Below are positions 9,862 to 22,683 of a DNA stretch of 64,000 bases, one piece after another. The number at the start of each line of letters is the position of its first letter. The stretch's first letter is position 1. Source of the DNA: Scyliorhinus canicula (Eukaryota); assembly GCF_902713615.1 (NCBI RefSeq), contig NC_052162.1:63293913-63357912 (forward strand). The letters are read 5' to 3'. Both the position numbers and the translations under genes were made by a program. The notes below the pieces were generated by a model, which had not been told where the DNA came from, ran no database searches, and saw only the letters and a program-made list of their open reading frames with translations.

Positions 9862-9919
9862 CCGACAAGCCCCCGCCAATGATTACCACGTCTTGTTTTC
9901 CACTCGATATTTTCACCAT
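9862..9919 (-). CDS. First coding exon of a monoamine-oxidase-like flavoprotein (proximal copy)
   Basis: ATG...MVKISSGKQDVVIIGGGLS-G|GTGAGT. FAD-binding GxGxxG start with a phase-1 donor at the same position as MAOA/MAOB exon 1 (DVVVIGGGIS-G|). No downstream exons found in the window. Confidence 0.7.
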
Positions 9920-10419
9920 ATCTGTTTACACCTGTCTCTTGTGCAGACGATCTTGAATGTGGTTGTTTGGTGATTTCTATTGTTTTTCTACAATTTGGTG
10001 GTGTTTGGCTCTAGGCTGCAACTAAATCAACCAGTGTTCATTTGTATGGTCTGAGCTGCACCTGCTCATGCTTTAGACTGCCTGACACAGACATACCTCT
10101 TTTATCACTGTGTGTGATGTGTCCTGCTCAAGAGGAGGGGCCATTAACAAGATTGTTACAGATTATGCATTTAATTCTTCAAGTGAAGAACCAAAAATGG
10201 GAATCTACTGCGGATATATACAAATAAGAGCATTGTGTTTAAAAGCAGAGAAAGGAACAAACAAGACATTAAACAGAAATATTGAATTACCTTATTCAGA
10301 GCTGTTAATTAAACCATAACCCAGGGTTCTTTAGAGGCCTGCATTTCAGATCACAGTGTTGAGCAAATTAATGATTTGTTATTACTATCCAAGGTAACTG
10401 ATCTATTGCAGAGATAGAA

Positions 10420-10712
10420 GCATGGTAGCAGAGTGGGTAGCACTGTTGCTTCACAGCTCCAGGGTCCAGGTTTGATTCCCGGCTTGGATCACTGTCTGTG
10501 TGGAATCTGTATGTTCTCACGGTATGTGCGTGGGTTTACTCCGGGTGCTCCGGTTTCCTCCCACAAGTCCCGAAAAGCATGCAGTTAGATAATTTGGACA
10601 TTCTGAATTCTCCCTTTGTGTACCCGAACAGGCAGCGGAATGTGGCGACATGGGGCTTTTCACAGTAACTTCATTGTAGTGTTAATGTAAGTCTACTTGT
10701 GACAATAAAGAT
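10420..10712 (+). mobile_element. tRNA-derived SINE (HE1/V-SINE-like); duplicate at ~14181-14474
   Basis: A/B-box head (GGTAGCAGAGTGG...GGTTTGATTCC) and V-domain GGGTTTACTCCGGGTGCTCCGGTTTCCTCCCACA. Confidence 0.8.
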
Positions 10713-10919
10713 GGCTTTATTGGTGAGAATCAACATTTGCCTCAAAGGTTACATGGTTATGAGCATATAACTGCATGCAGGTAACACCGCTTAGAGCATG
10801 TATAATAACTATGCCATTTTAACTTCTCAGGTTGATTTTATTTTTCTGGGCACAAGGAATTAGCTATTATAATTTTTTTTCCAGAGGAACCAGTTGGTAG
10901 ATCCAATGAACATCAAAGT

Positions 10920-11700
10920 GTTACTGTTGTTTTGACACCCTAGGTTAGGGTGCGGTCAATTCCAGTCCCCCTTGACTCAAAGTTGTACCACAACTAAATT
11001 AATAATTTAGAAAAATATCCGAAGTCTTTGGCCCGTGGCTACCCAATAATTACAGTCACCAGGTTTGTAAATTGAAATTACCTTTTATTTATAACAAGAA
11101 CTATAATGAAATTTGCAGCAAATACATCTGCTTAACGGTGATCTAATTCCTAATCCCCCACTTTAACATGTCCCCCACCCTTTATACATACCCACACACA
11201 CACGTGCAAGAGTTTCAGATAGTTGTCTTTAAGGACACCTTCCTTTAAAGTTAACTTTAAGGTCGAGATCTCTGTTGTCCAGTCTGTATGGTTTTCACTG
11301 TAGATTCATTCAAATCTCTGCCATATCAGAAATACAGCAGATTGTCTGGAGAAAACATGAGAGAAAGAGAGCAGGTTCTTTCCCCTTCGTGTCCAGGATT
11401 CAAACTGAGCTCCTTGTTCTCTGAAAATAATTCCACTCGAGTAGGACCCAATCACTACTTATTATCGGGAAGAATGAGGCCTTTTGGTCAATTCATTAGC
11501 CACCGACCAACCAATTGAACCAAGTTCCACATCTCTCGGGAGTCGAAAAATCTGAGTTCTCCTGTTCAAAAAACCTGCACCATGTACTATGTTGCAATTT
11601 TCTGAATTCCTCATTCTCTCTGCTGCTTGACTTAACGACACATGTCCATTAAATAAAGAAAGGGGAAATAAGGGAATCAACAGGAAGGAAGGATGCTTAC
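10920..11700 (-). mobile_element. Solo LTR-like repeat; duplicate at ~14681-15466
   Basis: TGTTAC...TTACA-like ends (clearer in copy 2), minus-strand AATAAA near the left end, non-coding. Confidence 0.45.
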
Positions 11701-12469
11701 CCAGTGCAACTTTATACCATCTCATATTATAATTTGAGACAGCTGATAATACATAAGTGGAACCTCAAAGATTAGCAATATATGGATCAAAAGATGGTGC
11801 AAAAACAAAAAGCATTCAAATGTCCTGTACTTTTACTACCGTGTCCAATTGGGAATCAAAAATACACTTGAGAGAAACACTTTGAGAGAGGGAAGAAAGA
11901 AAAAAGAAAAATGAGAGAGGGAAGTAAATAAAAACAAAGAAAAATAATGAATTAATTAATTTCAGGTCTTTATTATGCCGTACTTTATAACCAGCTGATT
12001 ACTTTTTAAGTACAGTTTGCTGCAGGCAAACAGCAGCAAATTTGCATGAGGCAATGTCCTGTTATGGGACAATCAGGGCCCAATTTTAACTCTGTATATG
12101 TGAATGAATTTTGAATGATTTAAAATCAGGGCCAGCAGGATGCTCCGGGAAAACACAGAGCTGGATTTTGCAGTCAACAGTGTAATGATGGCAAACACCA
12201 ATTACCTGAGGAAAGTTGCCCACTTAGATCTAGCAATCTCTGTAGCTCAGACCTCCCCATGCCCAATGTCAGATTGAATCTTGTGCCAAATCAAGGGGAT
12301 GTCCAGGCATCCCGCAGCAATGATATCATCATTCCGGGTAAGTAGCCAAGTATTCTCACGGACAGCAAACCAGGAAGTTAATAATCGATGAATCCCTTCA
12401 CTTTTAATTTTGAGACAGCAAAATTAAAAAAAGTGGCACATACAGATGGGATACAGTGAGAATTTAAAA

Positions 12470-13080
12470 AAAAATATTATTTCCCTTTTTCACATTTTTC
12501 CCAAATTTACACCCAACAATAAACAACAATCAGTAACTAATGCAATGTCAATCCCATATCAATAACAACGATCTCATCCTCCCACCAAACCTCAAAACAT
12601 TAGCCACATGTTAACATAAACAAATGACAAAAAGGAATCAGGAATCACCCATAGTCACCATTAACACATTACAGTCCCCCTCCCCCCAACCCTCCCAGCA
12701 CCTCCCCGCCTAATATTCAATGTAATCCAATTCTCGAAAGTGCATAATGAATAACGCCCATGAATTGTAGAACCACTCCATCCTCCCTCAGTTCAGTTTT
12801 GACTTCTCAAGAGTTAAGAAGTCCAGCAGGTCCCCCCACCACACCAGGGCACAGGGTGGAGAGGTTGATCTCTACCCTAACAGGATCCGCCTTCGGGCGA
12901 TCAACGAGGTGAAGGTGACAACATCTGCCTCCGCACTCGTTTCCAACCCTGGCAGATCCTGGCCGAGGGCCCGGGTCCAGTTTCACGTGCACCACTTTAG
13001 AGATTACCCTAAAAACCTCCTTCCAATAATCCTCCATCTTTGGACAGGTCCAAAACATATGAATGTGGTTTGCGGTTCCC

Positions 13081-13116
<36 letters not shown>

Positions 13117-13373
13117 ACCCCCGTAACGTTAACACACATCTAACCCTTCAGAGAGACGGCTCATCCTCGCCCTTGTAAGGTGTGCTCTATATACCACCTT
13201 CAGCTGTATCATGAGGTGGAGGCGTTCACCCTTCGGAGCACCTCACACCAGAACCCCTCCTCCATATCCTCTCCCAACTCTTCCTCCCACTTTGCCTTGA
13301 TCCCTTCCAGCGGTGCCTTCTCCTCTTCCAGAATAGCCCCATAAACCGTCGATACTACTCCCTTCTCCCCCTG
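12470..13373 (-). mobile_element. L1/Tx1-like LINE 3' fragment, truncated at the duplication breakpoint
   Basis: ANHIHMFWTCPK...WKEVFRVISKV motif of the ORF2 C-terminal Cys/His region. Confidence 0.85.
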
Positions 13374-13390
13374 TCATATATTTATAGTTG

Positions 13391-16300
13391 TATATTTATA
13401 AAAGAGTTTAATTTCTCCCCCTCTGCAAACCCCGCCCCTATCACCAATGATTATGAGATTACTTGAATCCAGGTTACTGCTTCCTGCATTATTGTCGTTT
13501 ACCCATTTATTCATCAAGTAGAAATTGCTTTTCATTTGAATGACTCCAGCTCTAAACCCAGCATGCTGACAACTTAGGGAAAAAAGCGTGAACATGAAGA
13601 AGCATAACAACAAAGAAACTCACCCGACAAGCCCCCGCCAATGATTACCACGTCTTGTTTTCCACTCGATATTTTCACCATATCTGTTTACACCTGTCTC
13701 TTGTGCAGACGATCTTGAATGTGGTTGTTTGGTGATTTCTATTGTTTTTCTACAATTTGGTGGTGTTTGGCTCTAGGCTGCAACTAAATCAACCAGTGTT
13801 CATTTGTATGGTCTGAGCTGCACCTGCTCATGCTTTAGACTGCCTGACACAGACATACCTCTTTTATCACTGTGTGTGATGTGTCCTGCTCAAGAGGAGG
13901 GGCCATTAACAAGATTGTTACAGATTATGCATTTAATTCTTCAAGTGAAGAACCAAAAATGGGAATCTACTGCGGATATATACAAATAAGAGCATTGTGT
14001 TTAAAAGCAGAGAAAGGAACAAACAAGACATTAAACAGAAATATTGAATTACCTTATTCAGAGCTGTTAATTAAACCATAACCCAGGGTTCTTTAGAGGC
14101 CTGCATTTCAGATCACAGTGTTGAGCAAATTAATGATTTGTTATTACTATCCAAGGTAACTGATCCAATGCAGAGATAGAAGCACGGTAGCAGAGTGGGT
14201 AGCACTGTTGCTTCACAGCTCCAGGGTCCAGGTTTGATTCCCGGCTTGGATCACTGCCTGTGTGGAATCTGTATGTTCTCCCGGTATGTGCGTGGGTTTA
14301 CTCCGGGTGCTCCGGTTTCCTCCCACAAGTCCCGAAAAGCATGCAGTTAGATAATTTGGACATTCTGAATTCTCCCTTTGTGTAACCGAACAGGCAGCGG
14401 AATGTGGCGACATGGGGCTTTTCACAGTAACTTCATTGCAGTGTTAATGTAAGTCTACTTGTGACAATAAAGATGGCTTTATTGGTGAGAATTAACATTT
14501 GCCTCAAAGGTTACATGGTTATGAGCATATAACTGCATGCAGGTAACACCGCTTAGAGCATGTATAATAACTATGCCATTTAACTTCTCAGGTTGATTTT
14601 ATTTTTCTGGGCACAAGGAATTAGCTATTATAATTTTTTTTTCCAGAGGAACCAGTTGGGAGATCCAATGAACATCAAAGTGTTACTGTTGTTTTGATAC
14701 CCTAGGTTAGGGTGCGGTCAATTCCAGTCCCCCTTGACTCAAAGTTGTACCACAACTAAATTAACCAATAATTTGGAAAAATATCCGAAGTCTTTGGCCC
14801 GTGGCTACCCAATAATTACAGTCACCAGGTTTGTAAATTGAAATACAATTACCTTTTATTTATAACAAGAACTATAATGAAATTTGCTGCAAATACATCT
14901 GCTTAACGATGATCTAATTCCTAATCCCCCACTTTAACGTGTCCCCCACCCTTTATACACACCCACGTGCAAGAGTTTCAGATAGTTGTCTTTAAGGACA
15001 CCTTCCTTTAAAGTAAGCTTTAAGGTCGAGATCTCTGTTGTCCAGTCTGTGACGGTTTTCACTGTAGATTCATTCAAATCACTGCCGCATCAGAAATACA
15101 GCATATTGTCTGGAGAAAACATGAGAGAAAGAGAGCAGGTTCTTTCCCCTTCATGTCCAGGATTCAAACTGAGCTCTTTGTTCTCTGAAAATTAATTCCA
15201 CTCGAGTAGGACCCAATCACTACTTATTATCGGGAAGAATAAGGCCTTTTGGCCAATTCATTAGCCACCGACCAACCAATTGAACCAAGTTCCACATCTC
15301 TCGGGTGTCGAAAAATCTGAGTTCTCCTGTTCAAAAAACCTGCACCATGTACTATGTTGCAACTTTCTGAATTCCTCATTCTCTCTGCTGCTTGACTTAA
15401 CGACACATGTCCATTAAATAAAGAAAGGGGAAATAAGGGCATCAACAGGAAGGAAGGATCCTTACACAGTGCAACTTTACCATCTTATATTATAATTTGA
15501 GACAGCTGATAATACATAAGTGGAACCGCAAAGATTAGCAATATATGGATCAAAAGATGGTGCAAAAACAAAAAGCATTCAAATGTCCTGTACTTTTACT
15601 ACCGTGTCCAATTGGGAATTAAAAATACTCTTGAGAGAAACACTTTGAGAGAGGGAAGAAAGAAAAAAGAAAAATGAGAGAGGGAAGTAAATAAAAACAA
15701 AGAAAAATAATTAATGAATTAATTTCCAGGTCTTTATTATGCCGTACTTTATAACCAACTGATTACTTTTTAAGTACAGTTTGCTGCAGACAAACAGCAG
15801 CAAATTTGCATGAGGCAATGTCCTGTTATGGGACAATCAGGGCCCAATTTTAACTCTGTATATGTGAATGAATTTTGAATGATTTAAAATCAGGGCCAGC
15901 AGGATGCTCCGGGAAAACACAGAGCTGGATTTTGCAGTCAACAGTGTAATGATGGCAAACACCACTTACCTGAGGAAAGTTGCCCACTTAGATCTAGCAA
16001 TCTCTGTAGCTCAGACCTCCCCATGCCCAATGTCACATTGAATCTTGTGCCAAATCAAGGGGATTTCCAGGCATCCCGCATCAATTCCGGGTAAGTAGTC
16101 TCACAGACAGCAAACCAGGAAGTTAAAAATCGATGAATCCCTTCACTTTTAATATTGAGACAGCAAAATAAAAAAGTGGCACATACAGATGGGATACAGT
16201 GAGAATTTAAAAAAATATATTATTCCCCTTTTTCACAATTTTCCCAAATTTACACCCAACAATAAACAACAATCAGTAACTAATGCAATGTCAATCCCCA

Positions 16301-17118
16301 TATCAATAACAACAATCTCATCCTCCCACCAAACCCCAAAACATTAGCCCGCATGTTAACATAAACAAATGACAAAAAGGAATCAGGAATCACCCATAGT
16401 CACCATTAACACATTACAGTCCCCCTCCCCCCAACCCTCCCAGCATCCCTCTGCCTAATGTTCGATGTAATCCAATTCTCGAAAGTGCATAATGAATAAT
16501 GCCCATGAATTGTAGAACCACTCCAGCCTTCCCCTCAGTTCAATTTTGATTTCTCAAGAGTTAAGAATTCCAGCAGGTCCCCCCGTCATGCCAGGGCACA
16601 GGGTGGAGAGGTTGATCTCTACCCTAACAGGATCCACCTTCGGGCGATCAACGAGGTGAAGGCGACAACATCTGCCTCCGCTCTCGTTTCCAACCCTGGC
16701 TGATCCTACACCCGGAATATGGCCTCCCGAGGGCCCGGGTCCAGTTTCGCGTGCGCCACTTTAGAGATTATCCTAAAAACCTCCTTCCAGTAATCCTCCA
16801 GCTTTGGACAGGTCCAAAACATATGAACGTGGTTTGCGGTTCCCCTGCCACCCCCCCTCCCGTAACGTTAACGCACATCTAACCCCTCAAAGAGACGGCT
16901 CATCCTCGCCCTTGTAAGGTGTGCTCTATATATCACCTTCAGCTGTATCACGAGGTTGAGGCGTTCACCCTTCGGAGCACCTCACACCAGAACCCCTCCT
17001 CCATACCCTCTCCCAACTTTTCCTCCCACTTTGCCTTGATCCCTTCCAGCGGTGCCTTCTCCTCTTCCAAAATAGCCCCATAATCCGCCGATACTACTCC
17101 CTTCTCCAGTCCCCCTGT
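13391..17118. repeat. Tandem segmental duplication, copy 2
   Basis: See copy 1. The ORF track gives identical translations at 10042/13804 and 10110/13872. Confidence 0.95.
13624..13681 (-). CDS. Duplicate of the MAO-like first coding exon (distal copy)
   Basis: Identical 58-nt coding sequence and GTGAGT donor. Confidence 0.65.
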
Positions 17119-17630
17119 TGTCAGCACCTCCTCCTGCAATGTGGAAGCCGGCTCTGCTGGGAAGCTCTGTATCTCCTTTCTGGCAAAGTCTTGAACCTGC
17201 ATGTATCCAAATATTTCCCCCTTGTCCAGCAAATAAGTCGCTCCCAGCTCCTTAAATCCTGCAAACCGGCCCCAAGAAACAAATCTTTTAGTGTTCTAAA
17301 TCCTTTCTCCTCCCATTTCCGAAAATTTCCATCCCACTTCCCTGGCTCAAATCTATGGTTTCCCTGAATCAGCATTTCCCTTGGCCCTGCCCCAACCCAA
17401 AGTGCTGTCAAAACTGCCTCCAAATTCTCAACAAAGCTATTACTACCGGACTCCCTGACTATCTCCCCGGGGCCGTCGGGAGCGGTTCTGTCGCTCGTTC
17501 CTTCAATCCCGACCCCCTACACAAACTCTCCTCCATTCTGACCCATTGGGAGTCAACCCCTCTGACCCAGCTCCGTACATTCTCCACATTCGCCGCCCAG
17601 TAATAATACATCAGGTTCGGAAGACCCAAA
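16210..17630 (-). mobile_element. L1/Tx1-like LINE, 5'-truncated
   Basis: ORF2 C-terminal remnants (IKAKWEEKLGEGMEEGFWCEVLRRVNASTS; GNHRFEPG). Confidence 0.85.
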
Positions 17631-18024
17631 CAGAGTGAGGATTAAAGAAGAAGCTAAAATATCAGAAATTTAAAAATTGCAATTTCTTACCATAATGGAG
17701 AAAATTGATCTCCAACAAATAAAAATATACTCTTTCTGGGTCAGTAAGGCTGTTTAGTGTTAATTATTAACCTAGTACGCTGTTAAAAGCTAATACACCT
17801 CATCCAATAAGAATAACTTTATCGAGGGTTTTTCAGTGAGTCTGAGTGGAATTTCAAATTAGTTCCATGGTGTCTAATTAATTGCATTCTGGAGAGGCTT
17901 CCAGAAGGTAGTCTCAGAAGCAAATGATGACATGTAATGAAGATTCACCACATTACTGCTGCAAGATCAGGCAAAAATCTAGGCAGACATTTCAGGCAAA
18001 AAATAAATGGTATGGGAGCTGTGT

Positions 18025-18760
18025 TGATTTGATTTGATTTGATTTATTGTCACATGTACCGAAGTACAGTAAAAAGTATTTTTCTGCGGCCGAGGGAACG
18101 TACACAGCACGTACATAGTAGACAAAAAGAATAATCAACAGAGAACATTGACAAATGGTACATCGACAAACGGTGATTGGTTACAGTGCGGAACAAGGGG
18201 CCAAACAAAGCAAATACATGAGCAAAAGCAGCATAGGGCATCGTGAATAGTATTCTTACAGGGAACAGATCAGTCCTAGGGAGAGTCGTTGAGGAGTCTT
18301 GTAGCTGTAGGGAAGAAGCTGTTCCTATGTCTGGATGTGCGAGTCTTCAGACTTCTGTACCTTCTGTCTGATGGAAGGGTCTGGAAGAAGACTATGCCTG
18401 GGAGGGAGGGAGGGGTCTCTGATAATGCTGTCTGCTTTCCTGAAGCAGCGGGAGATGTATACAGAATCAATGTGGGAGTGGCAAGCTTGTGTGATGCGTT
18501 GAGCTGAGTTCATCACACTCTGCAGTTTCTTGCGATCTTGGACAGAGCAGTTGCCATACCAGGCTGTAATGCAGCCGGATAGGATGCTGTCTATTGCGCA
18601 TCTGTAGAGGTTTGTGAGAGTCGATGCAGACATACCAAATTTCTTTAGCTTCCATTGGTTGTTGGGCTTTCTTAACTGTTGCATCAACGTGAGTGGACCA
18701 GGACAGACCATTGGTGATGGTGACTCCCAGGAACTTAAAGCTATCAACCATCTCCACTTT
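18025..18760 (-). mobile_element. Rex1/Babar-like LINE 3' fragment
   Basis: SFKFLGVTITNGLSWSTH, TLTNLYRCAIDSILSGCITAWYGNC, LPSDRRYRSLKTRTSRHRNSFFPTATRLLN; (TCAAA)n tail. Confidence 0.85.
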
Positions 18761-19455
18761 GGAGAGATTAAATCGTGCCTAGTCTGCTCTCTCAATTTGA
18801 CATTAAAGATCTCGTAGCACTATTTAAAAAGACCAAGGAAGTTCTCCAAGTGCCCTGATCAACATTTATTTCTGAATTAATATTATTCCGAAGAATAGAT
18901 TACCTGGTCATTTATCTCATTGCTTTTTGTTGTACCTTGCTGGGTGACAATTGCTTACTACATTTACCCATACAATAACTGCAACGATACTTCAAAAAGT
19001 ACTTAATTGACTGAAAAGCTTTTTGGGACATCCTGAGGTTATAAAAGACATCACATGAATTCTATTTCTTAAATGTATTCATAAGCCAATGCCCTTCTGC
19101 CTGAACACATGGTTGTGAATCTATGGTGCAATGGAAAAAAGAGCAAGGAGTTATCATTCTTTAAAATTTGTTTTATGGGATGTAGTTGATGCTTGCTAGG
19201 CCAGCATTTATTGCCCATCTGTACTTGCCCTTCAGAAGGTGGTGATGAGCTGCCTTCTTGAACTGCTGCAGTCCATGAGGTGTAGGTACACCCACACTGC
19301 TGTTAGGCAGGGAATTCCAAGATTTTAACCTAGCAACAGTGAAGAAGCAATCATATATTTCCAAGTCAGGTTGGTGAGTGGCTTGGAGGGGAACCTCCAG
19401 ATGGGGGTGTTCCCAGGTATCAGCTGCTCTTGTCCTTCTAGATGGTAGTGGTTGT

Positions 19456-20172
19456 TATAATGATACGTATAATGTAAGAAGTGTAAAGGGTTAAAAAGAT
19501 GATATTCATGTATCTCAACACTAGATGGCACCATAGAGTAATCATATAAATAGACTCCACCTCCTAGAGTTTACATAGAACAGTACAGCACAGAACAGGC
19601 CCTTCGGCCCTCGATGTTGTGCCGAGCAATGATCACCCTACTCAAACCCACATATCCACCCTATACCCATAACCCAACATCTCCCCCCCCCTTAACCTTA
19701 CTATTAGGACACTACGGGCAATTTAGCATGGCCAATCCACCTAACCTGCACATCTTTGGACTGTGGGAGGAAACCGGAGCACCCGGAGGAAACCCACGCA
19801 CACACGGGGAGGACGTGCAGACTCCGCACAGACAGTGACCCAGCCGGGAATCGAACCTGGGACCCTGGAGCTGTGAAGCATTTATGCTAACCACCATGCT
19901 ACCGTGCTGCCAGTTCTGAGAGAAGGTTGGAGACGGTTGGAGAAGATGTTAGAGAAGGTTAGTTACGGGTTGAGATAGAGTGTTAGTTGTATTAGAGATA
20001 TTATAGATTTCTGTCGATAGATTGTTCTTATATTAACTGTCACTTAGTAAAGTGCGAGAATTATTTAAGGTTGTGGAAAATAAACAAGCTTTGTTTCAAA
20101 TACATAGCTTGATGTTCTTTGTCAGCACTACGACTTTTAACCATCTTGGAAGACTACAGAAGGAACATCACA
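19456..20172 (+). mobile_element. Solo LTR related to the 2384-6572 LTRs, interrupted by a SINE
   Basis: Exact 5-bp TSD GTTGT (19451-19455, 20173-20177). Shares CACTAGA-GG, CATATAAATA, AATAAA and a GGAACA-CACA end with the young LTR. Confidence 0.7.
19573..19911 (-). mobile_element. Full-length HE1/V-SINE
   Basis: Minus strand GGCAGCACGGTAGCATGGTGGTTAGC...GGTTCGATTCC, V-domain, CR1-like tail ending GTTCTATG. Confidence 0.9.
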
Positions 20173-20869
20173 GTTGTGGGTTTGGAAGGTGCTGCCTGAG
20201 GAACCTTGGTATGTTACTGCAGTGCATCTTGTAGATGGTATACACGGCTGACACTGTTTGTCGGTGGTGGAGGGATTGAGTGTTTGTGGAAGAGGTAGCA
20301 ATCAAGCGAGTTGTTTTTTCCCGAATGGGTTTAAGCTTCCTGAGTGCTGTTGCACTGATCCAGCCTAGTGGAGAATATTCCAGTACACTCTTGACTCGTA
20401 CCTTGAGATGGTGGATAGGCTTTGAGGGCTGGGGGGGGGGGGGGGGGGGGGGGGGGGTACTCACTATATTATTCCTAGGGTGGAACTTTCCCATATTTTC
20501 TCCAGAGTGTGAGGCTCAGACTGAAACCCGGCCTGCAGCTCTCCAGCTGCACAGCTGTGTTTTTAGTTCAGATCCTGGGCCTCTCTTGAAAAAGAAAAAT
20601 CAGTGGGCTTGGTTGTCACCATCACTGCGATGGGCGAGACTGGCTCCACAAAGGTTCGGGCGTCATTTTGAAATAGTGCTTGGTCATCACAGATAGAAAT
20701 GCACTCCCCTCTCCTCCCCCCCCCCCCCCCCCCCCCCCACAAGCATCAGCATTGTATACCCCAAAAAACATAATGTGAATCACACCCTCAATGGGGCCCC
20801 CAGAGGGTCCACTCCTGGCACTGCCCCAGCATAGGTTGGTACGCCAGGTTGCGCCACAAATTGAAATAG

Positions 20870-21880
20870 TTACCAAAGACTTTTAAGACTTCTTCAAACT
20901 TATCTGCAATCTCATTAATGCCCTGTCTTACAATATCATCTGCTTAATTTTCCTATATTAACTTGTTTATCTTTAGCCTCATTGTCCAACCCTGAAGCAA
21001 TTCGGAACCTCATGAATCTTTTACTCCAAAGACCCAATTTTGAATTTGATTTTGTTCTTCCATAGGTAATGTAAATTTTGAATCCATGACAGCTCTGAGC
21101 TTTGAGGTGGTTTGTCCTAAATTTTAAACTCTTCTTGCAGTAATTGCATTTTTCACAAGCTTGGCAGCTTCGCATCAAGAGCTGTTGCTGCCAATGTCTC
21201 GATTAGCTATTTATTTCATAGACTCTCTAAAGCCTTTAACTTGAAGTTATTACAAGGCTCTCTTCGCTTCCTTCCCCATTGCTTTGGGTATTTGAGGCTT
21301 TTGTTCCCCCCTCATTTGCTACTTGCGATCACCATATGTAATGGCACCGACTGCAGAGTCTATTGAAACCCATGCCTGTTAGGGATGTGATTCGTCAGTG
21401 CTTCTGTGCTTCCTGCTTAGGTTTCCATTGTAAACCCTTATTAAGGATGGCTCACCGTTCCACGATCGTGGTTCTCCGACTCTATCGTTGGACCAGTGTT
21501 TTCTTCTTGGTCACCACACGTGATGCAGCCCTTAACAAGTTGGAACAGTTGATTTCCACACTCTTCTTGCCTCCTCTGGAGCAGCCTTGGAGTTTTTTGA
21601 CCGTGCCTCACCCAATTCTGAAATTCTGGTGTCACTTTCCCATGTCAGATTTGCAAACATCTTTGAAACTGACTTTGCAAAGTTTTGGAGTCCTTCACAG
21701 CTGCCCCTTGTAGGTTTGTTGCTGGCTGAGGAATGGTTGCTCAGACATTAGTATGTCTGAACAATAACTGTTTATTAGATATAACAGAACGATATACATC
21801 TATACATGGCGAGGAGTTACTTGCTAAAGCAAGAAACATTCCCCCACTCAACTCTTGGTCCTGTGTTTCTTACATCATTA
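20870..21880 (-). mobile_element. Degenerate Gypsy-like LTR element fragment (LTR end, leader, gag start)
   Basis: Minus-strand WSKRFMRFRIASGLDNEAKDKQVN, a typical Gypsy gag N-terminus, with frameshifts. Confidence 0.55.
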
Positions 21881-21885
21881 TTATG

Positions 21886-22084
21886 GTAAGAAGTCTTACA
21901 ACACCAGGTTAAAGTCCAACAGGTTTGTTTCAAACACGAGCTTTCGGAGCATGGCTCCTTCTTCAGGAAGAAGGAGCCGTGCTCCGAAAGCTCGTGTTTG
22001 AAACAAACCTGTTGGACTTTAACCTGGTGTTGTAAGACTTCTTACTGTGCTCACCCCAGTCCAACGCCGGCATCTCCACATCAT
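21886..22084. mobile_element. Penelope-derived palindromic element
   Basis: 79-bp arms (21886-21964 / 21967-22045) forming a near-perfect inverted repeat, flanked by direct repeat CATCATTATTATGG. Confidence 0.75.
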
Positions 22085-22683
22085 CATTATTATGGGTGGT
22101 GCTACTTCCACAGTCCCACACTTTCAACCCTCATACTACAATATACATATGCATTTGATTGCTTTTCAAGTTACTTACTTCGGTAAAGTTCAAAAGTTAA
22201 TGTTTTGTTTTATTTTGATGTTTTCATGCAAAGAAAAGCACTCTTCCTGATGATGGATTGCTACTTCTTTGTGCAAAATTACTCCCTTCCCATTGCTACA
22301 CCAGGGTTGATGGGAAATAGAGAACACGCAGGGATTACAAACAGCAAGTGTCACATACTGCAATAGCTAGTCCTGCTATCAATTATAGCAGTAGAATGTG
22401 ATATATTTTCACATTCCAAAATATGATAGTCCTAATTACGCTCAGAGAAGAGATAATCTTAAAGCTCACTCAGAGACATAGCATGTTATTCATACATCAA
22501 CACTGAACTTGCTGTGACTATTGTTCAATACAGTTGCAGAGTAACACTTGTGCATTGTGCAAATAATAATAATAATCTTTTTATTGTCACAATTAACACT
22601 GCGCCTGTTCGGGTACACAGAGGGAGAATTCAGAATGTCCAATTCATCTAACAAACGCGTCTTTCAGGACTTGTGGGAATACA

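Larger units (their letters stand above)
9626..13373. repeat. Tandem segmental duplication, copy 1 (~3.75 kb)
   Basis: Colinear, highly similar to 13391-17118, with offset 3762 at the MAO-like exon. Each copy holds the exon, a SINE, an LTR-like repeat and an L1 3' end. Confidence 0.95.
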
